Shown: positions 46,020 through 57,718 of the stretch, piece after piece
Position numbering within the stretch: position 1 is the first letter of the stretch
Layout of the letters: each line of letters opens with the position of its first letter
Assembly (NCBI GenBank): GCA_033763315.1
Contig: JANRKS010000009.1
Coordinates: forward strand, 192,001 to 256,000
Source: Deltaproteobacteria bacterium
GTDB taxonomy: Bacteria; Myxococcota_A; Polyangia; Fen-1088
Length of the DNA: 64,000 bases
Direction of reading: 5' to 3'
The notes under the pieces: model-generated
What the model was told of the DNA's origin: nothing
What the model saw: the letters and a program-made list of their open reading frames with translations, nothing else
Database searches by the model: none
Made by a program: the position numbers and the translations under genes

Positions 46020-47534
46020 CTAGCCGATGTTCCAGTCTTCCTTGACGGGATCTCCCTCTTGAAAGCGGCTCGGCCGCCAGGTGTGAAACAGCTTGTGGGT
46101 GGCCTTACCCGCAACGTGCGCCGCAAAGTGTTTGGCCACCACCGGCGCCATCATGAAGCCATGCCCCACGAAGCCGCAACACACGTAAAAGCCGGGGCGT
46201 TCCCGGACTTCACCCACCAAAGGGCTGCCGTCCGGGCTGTGGTCGTAAGGCCCTGCCCATTGGCGCACCACTTTGACGCTTCCCAACCGTGGCAGCAGCT
46301 GCACCAGCTCGTGCGCCATCGTGGTCAGAAAATCCCACTGCGATCCAAGCGCAATGGTCCGTGCCGCTGATAGCGCCTCATCATTTGCACCATGGTGCGT
46401 GATGCCGCCCACGATCTCGCCGCGCAGAGACTGCGAAGCGTAAAGGCCGGAATCCATCATCGACACCATCGGCTTCAAAAAGGGCTTCAGACCTTCGGTG
46501 GAAAAAATTTCGTGACGGGCCGGCCACGTGGGTAAGGCGATCCCCAAGTGCGCCGCCACTTGGGCCGACCACGCGCCCGCCGCGTTGATCACGCGCTTGG
46601 CGCCGAAGCTGCCGCGCGGTGTTTGCAACACATACCCATCGTCGATGGCTTCCAAGTGAGTGACCGGGCAGAAGGTGTGAACAGGCACGCCTTTGGCGGC
46701 GGCGGCGGCGGCATAGCCCCACAGAAATGGCCACGGGAACACGATGCCATCGGTGGGGTTGTAACAAGCGCCCAGCAAGCCTTCGGTGTGAAGCTCGGGC
46801 ACGATGTCGGTGGCTTCACGCACGGAAATCATGCGCGTGGGCACGCCGCACTTATTCTGCAAAGCCACGTTTTTTTCCATGCGTTGCAAACGCGCGGGCG
46901 TGTTGGTGAGAAACAGGTAGCCGCCCTGGCGCATCCAAATGTTGGTGTGCAAACGTGCGGCGAACGAGCGGCACAATGCCACCGATTCCTGCATGAGCTC
47001 GATGTTCAAGGCGCTGGACCACTGCTGGCGCACGCCGCCCCCGTTGCGGCCTGAAGCGCCCGACGCCAGGTGGCTGGCCTCAAGAACAACAACATCGGTG
47101 ACACCAAGTTCGGCCAGTTCGTACGCGATGGCCATTCCCATGATGCCACCACCGATGATGGCGATGTCGCACGTCGTGGTGACGCGTGCGCTGGGGGAGC
47201 GCTTGACGTTCGAGAGCACGGGCGGTGGGGGAACGACCGGTGCGGGCGTCGTCTCAAGGGGAGGTTGCGGCTGCCGTCGCGCCAACGCCGCCAAAGGCAC
47301 TGGTGCCAGAGGCGGACGCGCGGTGAATGGCTGGCAGCTCTCAATCGGTGAACCGGTGCATTTTGCGAGGTGCTCGGCCACCAACCGCAAACAATCTTTG
47401 CCCTGGCAGGGGCCCGTGCCGAAGCCGGTGTAGCGTTTCACCTCTTCAAGGCTGCCAAAGCCCGTGTTGACCGCCTTCGCCACATCGGCGGCGGTAACGT
47501 CTTCACAGCGGCAAAGGATGACCTTGCTTTGCAT
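46020..47534 (-). CDS. BFD-like [2Fe-2S] domain fused to FAD-dependent amine oxidase (sarcosine oxidase beta/DAO family)
   Basis: CRCEDV..KRYT..G.G.CQG..C..RPP; IIGGGIMG, GASGRNGG, WAG.YD..PD, GHGFMMAP. Confidence 0.85.
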   Translation of the reverse strand: MQSKVILCRCEDVTAADVAKAVNTGFGSLEEVKRYTGFGTGPCQGKDCLRLVAEHLAKCTGSPIESCQPFTARPPLAPVPLAALARRQPQPPLETTPAPVVPPPPVLSNVKRSPSARVTTTCDIAIIGGGIMGMAIAYELAELGVTDVVVLEASHLASGASGRNGGGVRQQWSSALNIELMQESVALCRSFAARLHTNIWMRQGGYLFLTNTPARLQRMEKNVALQNKCGVPTRMISVREATDIVPELHTEGLLGACYNPTDGIVFPWPFLWGYAAAAAAKGVPVHTFCPVTHLEAIDDGYVLQTPRGSFGAKRVINAAGAWSAQVAAHLGIALPTWPARHEIFSTEGLKPFLKPMVSMMDSGLYASQSLRGEIVGGITHHGANDEALSAARTIALGSQWDFLTTMAHELVQLLPRLGSVKVVRQWAGPYDHSPDGSPLVGEVRERPGFYVCCGFVGHGFMMAPVVAKHFAAHVAGKATHKLFHTWRPSRFQEGDPVKEDWNIG

Positions 47535-47548
47535 GCAGCGTGCTGTCG

Positions 47549-48325
47549 CTATTTGGCGCTGGCAGACTTGGCGGGTTTGGGCAACGCAAACTGCGCGGCT
47601 TTGGTGGGGACGTCCCACGTGGCGTTGACGATCGTGACCACGAAGGTTGCTGGGCCCGCGGTGGTCTCTTGCGTATAGGGAAACATCACGCCGCCAAACG
47701 AACGGTAATCAGACGCGCGCGTGGTGTAGGGCGTATCGCCCTGAGGCGAGGCCTTTTTGCCTTGCTCAAGCAGCAACAAGTGCGATGTGGTGTCGAAGCA
47801 GAACGTCGTGGGCGCGCCCGCTTTATACGTCACTTCGATGCACTCCAGTTTCTCTGCCGGTGCGGCCACGACCTTTGCGCCGGTGGTGTGATCCAAAAGC
47901 CGCAGGTAGCCCATCCATGATCCCGCCGTCAGTGCCTGTTCGGCTTCGGCGCCGCTTAACCAGCGCAAACCATCGATCGGATCTTGCGACCAAAACCGTT
48001 TGCCATCGCCACCGCGTTTCATCGTGAGCATGTTGGGCAGATCGCCCGTCTCAAGGTATTCGCCTTTGTTGGTCCACAACGCGGTGGCTGTGCCCGTCAG
48101 GCCCAAACCACGCACCTCAAGCTGCATCGACATGAACAACGATTTGTGTTTTTTCCACGGCGACGTTCCTCCGGATGCCGCGATGAAATCAGCCACGATT
48201 TGGTCCACGCTCCTGGTGGCCGCGGGCGCTTGCGCTTTGGCCGGGACCGCGCCGGCCTGCGCGCAGGGCAGCAGCGCCACGGCCGCCAAAACACAATGAA
48301 CAACACGAGACGATCGTGAGATCAT
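47549..48325 (-). CDS. Secreted beta-rich protein (LolA-like fold possible)
   Basis: Signal peptide; I.A.GG..W; SDYRSFGGVMFPY; ATGA overlap with upstream S41 gene. Confidence 0.6.
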   Translation of the reverse strand: MISRSSRVVHCVLAAVALLPCAQAGAVPAKAQAPAATRSVDQIVADFIAASGGTSPWKKHKSLFMSMQLEVRGLGLTGTATALWTNKGEYLETGDLPNMLTMKRGGDGKRFWSQDPIDGLRWLSGAEAEQALTAGSWMGYLRLLDHTTGAKVVAAPAEKLECIEVTYKAGAPTTFCFDTTSHLLLLEQGKKASPQGDTPYTTRASDYRSFGGVMFPYTQETTAGPATFVVTIVNATWDVPTKAAQFALPKPAKSASAK

Positions 48326-49764
48326 AGCTTGCCTTTGCTTCGAACAATGGTGAGCGCCGCTTCGAGCACGGGATCCATGCCTTGCGCCAACGCCGCGGGG
48401 GTTTCAAGCACTTGTCGATCCGGGATGACACCGCGGCCCTCCAAGGCCACGCCCTTGGGCGTCTTAAAGTCGGCAACCACATATTGTAAGACGGCGCCGC
48501 CGGGCAGCGATTCAATCACCGAGGGCAGCGCTTGCCCCAGCGTCACTTGCCCCACCACATGCGCGCGCCCTGCCTCTTGAAGGCCTGCAGCGAAGATCTC
48601 AGAGGTCGAGGCGGTGCCTTCGTCGGTCAAGATCACCACGGGCCCTAAATACGGTGTCACGTCCAGCGATGGTTCCGCCACGAGACTGTTCTGGTGATCG
48701 CGATGAGCCAAGGTGCCAAGCGGCGTGCGCTTGTTCACGAGCTGTCGCACAAGCGGTATGGCCATGGCCGCCACGCCACCGGGGTTGCCACGCAAGTCGA
48801 TGACGATGCCTTTGACTTTGCGGACGCGAAACTGTTCGATCGCGTCGGCCACCTTCTTGAGCACGGGCTCAAGAAGGAAATAGTTGAAAGCCACCACACC
48901 CACGTCCCCCACTTGCCGCGAAGAGACCTCAGGGTAAAGCGGGCCGAGATTGCCGATGCGCATCGCGGATTCGGCGTGGGCGTCACGGCGCAAAAGCACG
49001 TCTTTGGTTGTGGCGCCCTCGACGATCCGCAAGGTGACTTGGCTGCCCACGGGGCCCGACAACGCCTGCATCGCCGCCCGACGCAGGTAAAACCGCTCCT
49101 CCACCGGCCGCATCGCGCGCCTCGATTTTAAGGTGGCCAAAGGGCGCCCTCCCACGTGGCTCACAATCGTGCCAGTCCGCAAGCCCGCCCGTGCCGCCGA
49201 TGAGTTGGGCCGCACCGCTGTGATGGTGGGAGCCCCGGCGCCCGGCCCGATCACACGAATGGTCAAACCTGGATCACCCAAGGAACCCACGGAGCTTGCG
49301 CTGACGCCGCCGCCATCGACGCCCTCGTCAGGGTTGACGCCGAATTCTGATTCATCGCCCGGGCCTGTCAGGAACAGGTGCGACTGTTTCAGCTCGCCCA
49401 ACATGTCGTTCATCACACGGTAAAACGTTGGCTCGTCGGGGGCACCCATGGCGCGGGCTTCGTAACGTGCGCGCACCGCCTGCCAGTCGACGCCGCCCAA
49501 CGTTGGATCGTAATGCTTATCCCGCAGTGTGGTCCACGTGGCGTCGAATATGGCGGCGCGCGTGCCCGCGTAAACGGAGCGGCTTTCGGGTTTGACGGTG
49601 GCCGCGCCGCTGGGGGTGAAGCGAGGGGGCTCCACCACGGCACCGTTGCCCTGGGGGGCCGTGCCACCACCGGCGGGCGGCGTCTTGCCTGCACACGCCG
49701 CAAGACCCGAAAGCGCAATCACACAGAAGGGGGCAACACCAACGCGACGAAGACGACGGAGCAT
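48322..49764 (-). CDS. S41 family peptidase lipoprotein with PDZ domain
   Basis: Lipobox LAAC; SH; IDLRGNPGG; TASTSEIFA; G..T.G; LEGRGV.PD. Confidence 0.88.
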   Translation of the reverse strand: MLRRLRRVGVAPFCVIALSGLAACAGKTPPAGGGTAPQGNGAVVEPPRFTPSGAATVKPESRSVYAGTRAAIFDATWTTLRDKHYDPTLGGVDWQAVRARYEARAMGAPDEPTFYRVMNDMLGELKQSHLFLTGPGDESEFGVNPDEGVDGGGVSASSVGSLGDPGLTIRVIGPGAGAPTITAVRPNSSAARAGLRTGTIVSHVGGRPLATLKSRRAMRPVEERFYLRRAAMQALSGPVGSQVTLRIVEGATTKDVLLRRDAHAESAMRIGNLGPLYPEVSSRQVGDVGVVAFNYFLLEPVLKKVADAIEQFRVRKVKGIVIDLRGNPGGVAAMAIPLVRQLVNKRTPLGTLAHRDHQNSLVAEPSLDVTPYLGPVVILTDEGTASTSEIFAAGLQEAGRAHVVGQVTLGQALPSVIESLPGGAVLQYVVADFKTPKGVALEGRGVIPDRQVLETPAALAQGMDPVLEAALTIVRSKGKL

Positions 49765-49896
49765 GGAGGTTCACTTTAACCCAGGTGCGCAACCAGCGCT
49801 TGCCCACCCGCGTGCGTTGCTTCGCTTGCGCGCCCGCTGTGTGACAGTGGTGGCCCCCCTTTGCTTTTTTTTTGTCCCGCTGGTAAAGCCGAGGCC

Positions 49897-50771
<875 letters not shown>

Positions 50772-50775
<4 letters not shown>

Positions 50776-52118
50776 CGCTCATCGCCCGCCCGAAGCGACA
50801 AACCCACGGCTGCGCCCACCGCGCGTCCGTGGGTTTCCGCATTTTTAGGACCCATGTAGCCTGTAACATCGCCGGCCACGAAGACGCCTCGTGCGCTGGT
50901 GGTTCCATCGGCGTTGGCTTGCACAGCAAAGCCGCCCAATGACGGCTGCATCGTTACCGCGAGGCCGTGCTGCCGTGGCAGCTCAAACGCAGGGGCGGGC
51001 AGGGCGGCTACAGCCAGCGTTGTCTTGGCGTCCACTCTCACGTCATGCGTTGGATCGGCGCTTGCCTCGACGCGCGTGACCGCCACGCCCAACGCTTGCA
51101 AAGCCATCTGCAAACGGTTGGCGTATTCGAAGGGGCGCTGCGGATCCACGAGCAGCTTCACTTTCTTTGACGGCAAAATGCCTTGCGTGAAAACCAAGCG
51201 GCCAAACGCGCGCGCGGCCATCACGCCGGGCGCGTCGTTGCTCGCAAATGGCAGGTTCTGTTCATACGCGCCTGTGGCAAAAACAAACCGGCGCGCACGC
51301 ACCACCGCTGCGTGTGTGGGGCGCAACACAGCCAACACCCCAGGTACGGCGTCGGTCACGCCGGCCGGAACGGGTGCATCATCTTCGGGATAATGGCCAA
51401 GCGCCGTGCTGGCGGACCACAGCTGAACGCCCAGCCTCTGCAGCAGGGTCTGCTGTGGCTCCACGCACGTTTTGCCTTCGGGTTCCGCCAACCATGATCC
51501 ACCCACCACCCGTTGTTGATCGATCACCAAAACGCTTGCGTGTGGCGCCTGCTCTGCGATCGCTGCAGCGGCGGTCAAACCCGCGGGCCCCGCGCCCACG
51601 ATGCACACGTCAAAGAACGCTTCGCGTAGCGGCCCGAACCGCGTGTCGGGCACATCTGGCAAGGTGCCCGTACCGCCCATCTGTCGCACAAGCTTCAAGA
51701 ACATCGCGTTGCCCACGCGCGTGCCTGTCATCATGTGGTGATGATCCATGCCGCCGGGGAACAACCAGTCGGCGGCGCGCAACATATCTACGTCGGCATC
51801 GGGGAATGCGTTTTGCCGCTCGCAGCGCGTGTGCGCGAACGCCGGCTCCATGCACGCGCGCACGTTTGGACGGCCGTTGACGCGCACAAGGCACGTGGCG
51901 CATTGACCGGCAAAACAAAACGCACCACGGGGGCGGTGGTATTTCGGCGAACGAGACAGCCTCAGCACACCGGCCGCCAACAGGGCTTCGGCGATCGTTT
52001 CACCCTCGTGCGCGGCCACGGGCTCCCCTTCGAATTCAAAGGTGAACTCATTGCCGCGAGGGGCGACAAAAGGGCCTGTGAGGCGTCGGTTGCTTTCAGA
52101 GCGTTGCTTGGGTGCCAT
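50772..52118 (-). CDS. [2Fe-2S] + FAD/NAD(P)-binding oxidoreductase (sarcosine oxidase alpha N-terminal / proline dehydrogenase-like)
   Basis: GETIAEALLA, RPRG.FC..G.C..C.V..RAC; IVGAGPAG; ATGA.E; VFVAGD. Confidence 0.83.
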
Positions 52119-52187
52119 GGCAACGCGGCTCTTTTGACCGCGCTGCCTTCACGATACCACCAAAGCGCCGGCCATCCCGTGGTGCGG

Positions 52188-53717
52188 TTACGCGCTTAGG
52201 ATGGGCAAGGGCATGCTGGCGTTGGCCATGACCTGCGGCACCTGCGCCGCCTTATAGTCGGTGGAGATGAAGTCATTTCCCCAACCGGCTTTGCCGTTGT
52301 TCGGGATGCTTTGCCAATCATCTGGCGGCAGACCGTAAGACTGCAAAACGGTGGCTAAGAACTGGCTGTGCGTGAGACCCGTGTTGCCCACAACCCTGCC
52401 GTACGACTTCAGCTGACCCTTCGGGCCCATATTGCGGTAATCGATGTAGAGGCCCGTCTTGAAAGCCCCGGCGCCGCTGCCCGCTGTGAACGTGGGCCGG
52501 CTGCGTGCATCGTGGGTTTCTTGCGCGCATTCGTTTGTCCACGTGACAAAGCTGTTGTCGAGAATGGTTTGGCCAGGCTGCTCTTGCACATCAAGCTTGG
52601 CCACCAGATCCACGAACACTTCTGAGAACACATTGCGGTTCGCTTCCACCAGCAACGGTTGGCCGCTGGTGTCCCACAGGTGAGCCACCCCTTGGTGCCA
52701 ATTGGCACCATTGGACGCAAACTCGCTTTCGCGAATGCCCATCACGGCGATGCGGCTTGTGCCGCACATAAACGCGGCCGCGATGACATCGTTGAGCGCC
52801 TGGTATTTGGCCCGCCCACTCGGTTCCGCCGGTGCCTTAACGTCTTTGCAGCTGGCTGACCGTGTAACCACACGGGCACCCACGCGCATCTCCAACTCCG
52901 ACAATCGTTGCATGTGATCGTCGAGGCGCTGCTTATCTTCCTTCGAGAGGCGCCGGTTTGATTCTTTGAGGCTGCGGTAATTCGTCAAAACGCGGTCCAC
53001 GATCGGCGCTCGAGCTGGCGCCATGGGTGCCGGTGTGCCTGACACGGCGGCTGGATCAAAGATCTGCGTGAACAAGTCTTTGGCGCTGTTGTTGCCCTTG
53101 ATCTCTTGAATGGTTCCCGATCGCGTCGCGGGGTTGCTGAAGTTGTATGACAAGCCGTTCATCGGCCCGGTCAGCATGGCGCGGAGGCGAATGCCTTCCA
53201 TGCTCGTGTAGAACTTATTTGAGTAGGCCAACAGTTGATCAATCGTGGGCGTGGGCTTGCTTTGCACCGCCACGCCATCGCCACCGTTGCCGTCGTTGCG
53301 GGCGTAGTTGCCCAGGTGCCCGCCCGTGTTGTGGGCGATGTACCAAGGCACATCGAGGCCGCGAATAACATTGATCTTCGCAGCCAGCGCGGGGGTGAGC
53401 TTGCTTGAGGGCGCCCGTGCAATGTCCGACAAAACCGTGTCGCCGTTGTTGCTGGCAGGCTGCATCGTGCCCCACCGAATCGTGTGATCCGTATAGAGCG
53501 GCATCGATTGCGTTAGCCACGCGTCGTTCGGGTACATCGTCTTCTCGAACACGCCCCCGTGGTTCGAGCAGAACCAGACCAGGCGCGGCTGCCGCGCGAT
53601 CACCGCTGTGGCCGCGTAAGCCTTGACGGGCACCAAAGAGGGCAAAAACGGCAGGGTCAGCGAAAAATTGCCAGCGCCTCGCAAGATCTGGCGACGACTA
53701 ACGACGACACGTTTCAT
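52188..53717 (-). CDS. DUF1552-like protein with Tat-type signal
   Basis: SRRQILRG..LPFLPS; TIDQ; D..RLDDH..L.ELE; CG.SR; LDNS..NE..H. Confidence 0.75.
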   Translation of the reverse strand: MKRVVVSRRQILRGAGNFSLTLPFLPSLVPVKAYAATAVIARQPRLVWFCSNHGGVFEKTMYPNDAWLTQSMPLYTDHTIRWGTMQPASNNGDTVLSDIARAPSSKLTPALAAKINVIRGLDVPWYIAHNTGGHLGNYARNDGNGGDGVAVQSKPTPTIDQLLAYSNKFYTSMEGIRLRAMLTGPMNGLSYNFSNPATRSGTIQEIKGNNSAKDLFTQIFDPAAVSGTPAPMAPARAPIVDRVLTNYRSLKESNRRLSKEDKQRLDDHMQRLSELEMRVGARVVTRSASCKDVKAPAEPSGRAKYQALNDVIAAAFMCGTSRIAVMGIRESEFASNGANWHQGVAHLWDTSGQPLLVEANRNVFSEVFVDLVAKLDVQEQPGQTILDNSFVTWTNECAQETHDARSRPTFTAGSGAGAFKTGLYIDYRNMGPKGQLKSYGRVVGNTGLTHSQFLATVLQSYGLPPDDWQSIPNNGKAGWGNDFISTDYKAAQVPQVMANASMPLPILSA

Positions 53718-53786
53718 CAGGAACCTCCGGTTGCCACACGGTCCGGCGCGTAAACACACTTTTGACCGTGTACAGATAGCTAAACC

Positions 53787-53819
53787 ACTTAGATAAATCT
53801 AAGTAAGTTAACCATGGTT
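53787..53819 (-). promoter_or_regulatory. Two palindromes in AT-rich upstream region, putative operator
   Basis: ACTTAGAT-aa-ATCTAAGT (53787-53804) and AACCATGGTT (53810-53819). Confidence 0.5.
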
Positions 53820-53906
53820 TACCCTGGAGGAAATGCTGTAATTCCCCGAGAGGGGTTATTTTTTACCCCCGCCCCCGGGAACTCTGCCTTTCGGCATACG
53901 ACGGAC

Positions 53907-54629
53907 CTACGGCATTGAGGGTCGTGCGCCGAAAATGGCGGTTCCCACGCGCACGTACGTGGCTCCCTCTTCGATCGCCACTTCCAAATCATGGCTCATG
54001 CCCATGGACAGTTCGTCCAGCTTCACATTCGCCGGCGCATTGGCACGCGCCCGTTCAGCAAGCGTCCTCAGGGCACGAAAGTGACGACGCGACGCTTCTG
54101 GGTCGGCGTCCTGTGGTGGAATCAACATCAACCCGACGCACAGGAGGCGAGGGCAATTGGCGAAGTGTTGCAACATGGATGGCAGCTCGGCCGGCGTGAC
54201 TCCCTTTTTCTGAGGTTCGAGTGCCACGTTCACCTGCACCAAACAGCGTTGTTGCCCACCCTCGGGCGTTCGACGGTTCACTTCATCCAACAACGCCGTT
54301 GAATCAAGCGAATGGATCAGCGTCGCCACGCCGCTGACGTACTTTGCCTTGTTTGCTTGCAGCGGCCCGATGAAGTGCCAGGCAGGGGAGGGCAGCGCGC
54401 CCCGTTCAGCGTCCACTTGCACCCGCTTGTCGCGTAACTCTTGTGCGTAATTTTCGCCAAAATCGATCTGTCCATCCGCCATCGCCGCCAACACATCGCC
54501 TGCAGGCATCTTCTTGCTGACGGCCACCAATTTAACGCTGCCTGGCGGTCGGCCGGCACGGCTTTCAGCCGCGGCGATGCGGTTGCGCACTTGCGCAAGG
54601 TTGAACGCGATGGTGTCTGCGCGGGTCAT
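53907..54629 (-). CDS. yggS: PLP homeostasis protein (YggS/PLPBP)
   Basis: [40 protein letters not shown]. Confidence 0.95.
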   Translation of the reverse strand: MTRADTIAFNLAQVRNRIAAAESRAGRPPGSVKLVAVSKKMPAGDVLAAMADGQIDFGENYAQELRDKRVQVDAERGALPSPAWHFIGPLQANKAKYVSGVATLIHSLDSTALLDEVNRRTPEGGQQRCLVQVNVALEPQKKGVTPAELPSMLQHFANCPRLLCVGLMLIPPQDADPEASRRHFRALRTLAERARANAPANVKLDELSMGMSHDLEVAIEEGATYVRVGTAIFGARPSMP

Positions 54630-55249
54630 TCGGCGCCTCCAAACGCGGCAGGTGGATACATCGGCAAGGCCTGTGCCGCACGGAGATCGGCCACAACCTC
54701 AGCCAACGGCAAGCCAATGACGTTGGTGATGGAGCCACGCACGTCGGTCACGAACACGGCCGCTTTGCCCTGAACCGCGTAGCCTCCGGCTTTGCCGCGC
54801 CATTCGCCACACGCCACGTAGGCCGCGGCTTCCGCGGCGTCAATCGATCTAAACGACACTTCGGTGCTGACCGCGCGTTCGATGCGTTTGCCGCCGAAGC
54901 AAATGCAATAGGCGGTTACCACTTCATGGCGCCGCCCTGACAGTGACGCAAGCATGGCTGCAGCCTCAGCCTCGTCCGCGGGCTTGCCCAAGATGGCGTC
55001 GTCCAATATCACCGTGGTGTCGGCCGCGACGATGGCTGCGGTGTCAGGGATGCCGTGTGCGGCCCGGCGTGCCTCAAGAGCCACGCACTTTTCGCGCGCC
55101 ACGCGGCGTACGTACACGCGTGCTGACTCGTTGGTGTGTGGCGTTTCATCAATGTCCGCCGGCACAACGGCCAGCCGCAGGCCCAAGCGTTCCAGCAACT
55201 CCCGGCGTCGCGGTGAGGCCGACGCCAAAACGAGATCCACAGCGTTCAC
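54626..55249 (-). CDS. maf: Maf family nucleoside triphosphate pyrophosphatase
   Basis: [31 protein letters not shown]. Confidence 0.93.
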   Translation of the reverse strand: MNAVDLVLASASPRRRELLERLGLRLAVVPADIDETPHTNESARVYVRRVAREKCVALEARRAAHGIPDTAAIVAADTTVILDDAILGKPADEAEAAAMLASLSGRRHEVVTAYCICFGGKRIERAVSTEVSFRSIDAAEAAAYVACGEWRGKAGGYAVQGKAAVFVTDVRGSITNVIGLPLAEVVADLRAAQALPMYPPAAFGGAE

Positions 55250-55361
55250 ATTGCGTCTTTAGCAGCGATTGGCGGCACAAGACAGACAGTTCGATTTGGC
55301 CCGCACATTCGATGCGCGTCGATTTTGCGCAACTTTGCGGAACGGGCGCCGAGAACTTGGC

Positions 55362-56291
55362 ATGACGGTGCAACAGTCCTCGTGGCCCGGCGTGATTGGG
55401 ATGGTGGCCCTTTGTCTTTGTGCCTGCGTTCCCGATGCCGAGCTCACGGATGAACGTGGTGATAACACGGCCGCCACTCCGTTTCCGCCGCCGCCCGGCG
55501 GCGCGGCGCAGATCGCGGGGAAACCGGCCCCCGACGACGGCATGCCACCGCATATCCAGCAGCTGGTGGTCGAGCCGGGCGCTTGTGTGCACGTGGCGGT
55601 GCTGCCCAACAAAGCCGCGAAGGCCCATTTGCGCTTCACCAGCGGCTCACAAACCCAGATGGTGGAGGCCGAGCTGCGGTCGGATGGATGGCTTGAAGCG
55701 TTCACCCCTTTAGAAACCTTCACCCCGCAAACAGAGGGCGGCGTCGCCGCCTTGCTTGAGGACGCGCAGGGGCGAACGGCTGTGTCGGGCCCGCAGACCT
55801 TCATCTCACCTCCGGCGCGTGCGCCATTGATCATCACCGAGGTCATGGCCAACCCCGCTGGCTCCGAATACACGCAAGAATATGTGGAGCTGCTCAACGC
55901 GGGCGAAGCGCCACTGTCTCTGATGGGCTTCACGATTGAAGATGCAAGTGCGGCCGACGTGTTGCCTTCGGTCGTTCTGGCGCCGCATGCGTATGCCCTC
56001 TTGGTGGCGGACGCCTTCGATGAAACTGGTGGCGGCGATGTGGCCCCAAGCGCCGGCACTTTGATCATTCGTGTGGCTGGTCGTTTGGGCCGTGATGGTC
56101 TGACCAATGGTGGTGAAGCTGTGAGCTTGCGAGACGCAACCGGCGCTGTGGTGTCACAATTTCCCGGCTTGGTCGATATGAGTGCCACGGCCTGGAATGG
56201 GCGCAGCGCGCACCGTGTGCCGCCCACAGATCCGTGCGATCGCCCGCTGTTGTGGACCGAGCGACCGCAACCGCCTTCCCCTGGGTGGTAG
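55362..56291 (+). CDS. Lamin-tail-domain lipoprotein
   Basis: Lipobox LCAC; IITEVMANP..EYVEL.N; L.NGGE.V.L.D; PSPG. Confidence 0.75.
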   Translation: MTVQQSSWPGVIGMVALCLCACVPDAELTDERGDNTAATPFPPPPGGAAQIAGKPAPDDGMPPHIQQLVVEPGACVHVAVLPNKAAKAHLRFTSGSQTQMVEAELRSDGWLEAFTPLETFTPQTEGGVAALLEDAQGRTAVSGPQTFISPPARAPLIITEVMANPAGSEYTQEYVELLNAGEAPLSLMGFTIEDASAADVLPSVVLAPHAYALLVADAFDETGGGDVAPSAGTLIIRVAGRLGRDGLTNGGEAVSLRDATGAVVSQFPGLVDMSATAWNGRSAHRVPPTDPCDRPLLWTERPQPPSPGW

Positions 56292-56407
56292 CTTGTGCAC
56301 AACCCCGTGCCGGATTGGCCGTGAAGATGTTAGGACTGGGCACCACCGTTGTGTGACCCTTCTTGCCGTGGGTCATGCCGTGGGCGACAATCGCTTCCAT
56401 CCACCGC

Positions 56408-57070
56408 ATGAAAGATCCCCACGTCATCGCACGCAAAGTCGTGCCCAGTGCCGCTGCCCTGGGCCGCGTGGCCCGGGCCGAAGGCAGCGCCTCTGCGTCT
56501 GCGCCTTCAGCGAGGGCGAAAGCCGGCGGAAGTGGAACGCGCGTTCTGGGCATCGATCCGGGCACTTTGCGGTTGGGTTACGGCGTGGTTGAACATGCGG
56601 GCCCAGGTCGCCTGACTTACGTTGAATGCGGTGTGATCTCGGCGCCCGCCACAAAATCCCGTGTGGACCGGTTGGGTGTGATCGGCGAGGGGTTGGCCGA
56701 GCTCATCGCAGAACTAAAGCCCCACGTGGTGGCGATCGAAGAAGCGTTCTTCGGCAAAAACATTCAGTCCACGTTGGCGCTGGGCGAAGCGCGTGGTGTT
56801 TCGATCTTCGTGGCTTCGCAGGCGGGCTTGCCCATCGCGGGTTATGCGCCCGCCAAAGTGAAGAACACTGTCGTTGGGCATGGGCGCGCCACCAAAGAGC
56901 AGATCGCCTACGTGGTGCGGGCTTTATTGTCGTTGCGCCGGGCGCCTGAGCCCGACGCGGCTGACGCCCTCGCCATCGCCGTGTGTCACGCGCGTTCATT
57001 TGATTTCGCAAGGCGCGCCAAACAGCCAGTGGCGGCGGTCAAGCCCACCAAACAAAGGCGCACACCGTGA
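56408..57070 (+). CDS. ruvC: Holliday junction resolvase RuvC (with N-terminal extension; start uncertain)
   Basis: LGIDPG..GYG, AIEE.F, LGEARG, G.G.A.K.Q, DAADALAIA. Confidence 0.95.
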   Translation: MKDPHVIARKVVPSAAALGRVARAEGSASASAPSARAKAGGSGTRVLGIDPGTLRLGYGVVEHAGPGRLTYVECGVISAPATKSRVDRLGVIGEGLAELIAELKPHVVAIEEAFFGKNIQSTLALGEARGVSIFVASQAGLPIAGYAPAKVKNTVVGHGRATKEQIAYVVRALLSLRRAPEPDAADALAIAVCHARSFDFARRAKQPVAAVKPTKQRRTP

Positions 57071-57684
57071 TCGCCTTCTTGCGAGGCCACCTCATCGATC
57101 GCAACGCCGAACAGGTGATCTTGGATGTGGGTGGGGTGGGCTACTTGATCAGCGTCACGGCGCGCGCGCTGCGGTCCTTGCCCGCCGAGCGCGACAAGGA
57201 AGCGCGCCTTCACATCTACACGCACGCCTCGCAAGACAACCCGTTTCAGCTGTTTGGCTTTCCCGACGCGCAAGAGCGCCGTTTGTTCGAGACGCTGATC
57301 TCGGTGCAAGGGGTGGGGCCACGCGTGGCGATCGCGATTCTGTCGAACATCGGGCTTGCCGATCTTGTCCGCGCCGTCACTTCGAGCGACGTGCAACGCC
57401 TCACGCAGGTCAAAGGCATCGGCAAGAAGATCGCGGAACGTTTGTGCGTGGAACTACGCGATCGCATCGGCGCGGCCAGCGCTGGGGCGTCGCTGGCCAC
57501 CATTTCGGGCGGCGCGCCGTCGGGCATGCCGGCGCAAACGGGCACGGTGGGAGAAGTGCAGGGGGCTTTGTTGGCGCTTGGTTTTACGCCCTCGGAGGTG
57601 GCGCCGGTGTTGCCGAAGCTCGACGCCAGCAAGTCCACACCCGATCTCATCAAGGATGCCTTGGCGCTGTTGAGAAAAGGCTGA
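57067..57684 (+). CDS. ruvA: Holliday junction branch migration protein RuvA
   Basis: MIAFLRG, GVGY, LFGF, V.GVGP, GIGKK.AER. Confidence 0.95.
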   Translation: MIAFLRGHLIDRNAEQVILDVGGVGYLISVTARALRSLPAERDKEARLHIYTHASQDNPFQLFGFPDAQERRLFETLISVQGVGPRVAIAILSNIGLADLVRAVTSSDVQRLTQVKGIGKKIAERLCVELRDRIGAASAGASLATISGGAPSGMPAQTGTVGEVQGALLALGFTPSEVAPVLPKLDASKSTPDLIKDALALLRKG

Positions 57685-57718
57685 GGCCCGCCCATTTACC
57701 GAGTAAGGTTGTGGCACC

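Noticed and set aside
49851-49875. Sigma-54 promoter upstream of the FKBP gene
   Set aside because: GG to GC spacing is 9 nt rather than the required 10
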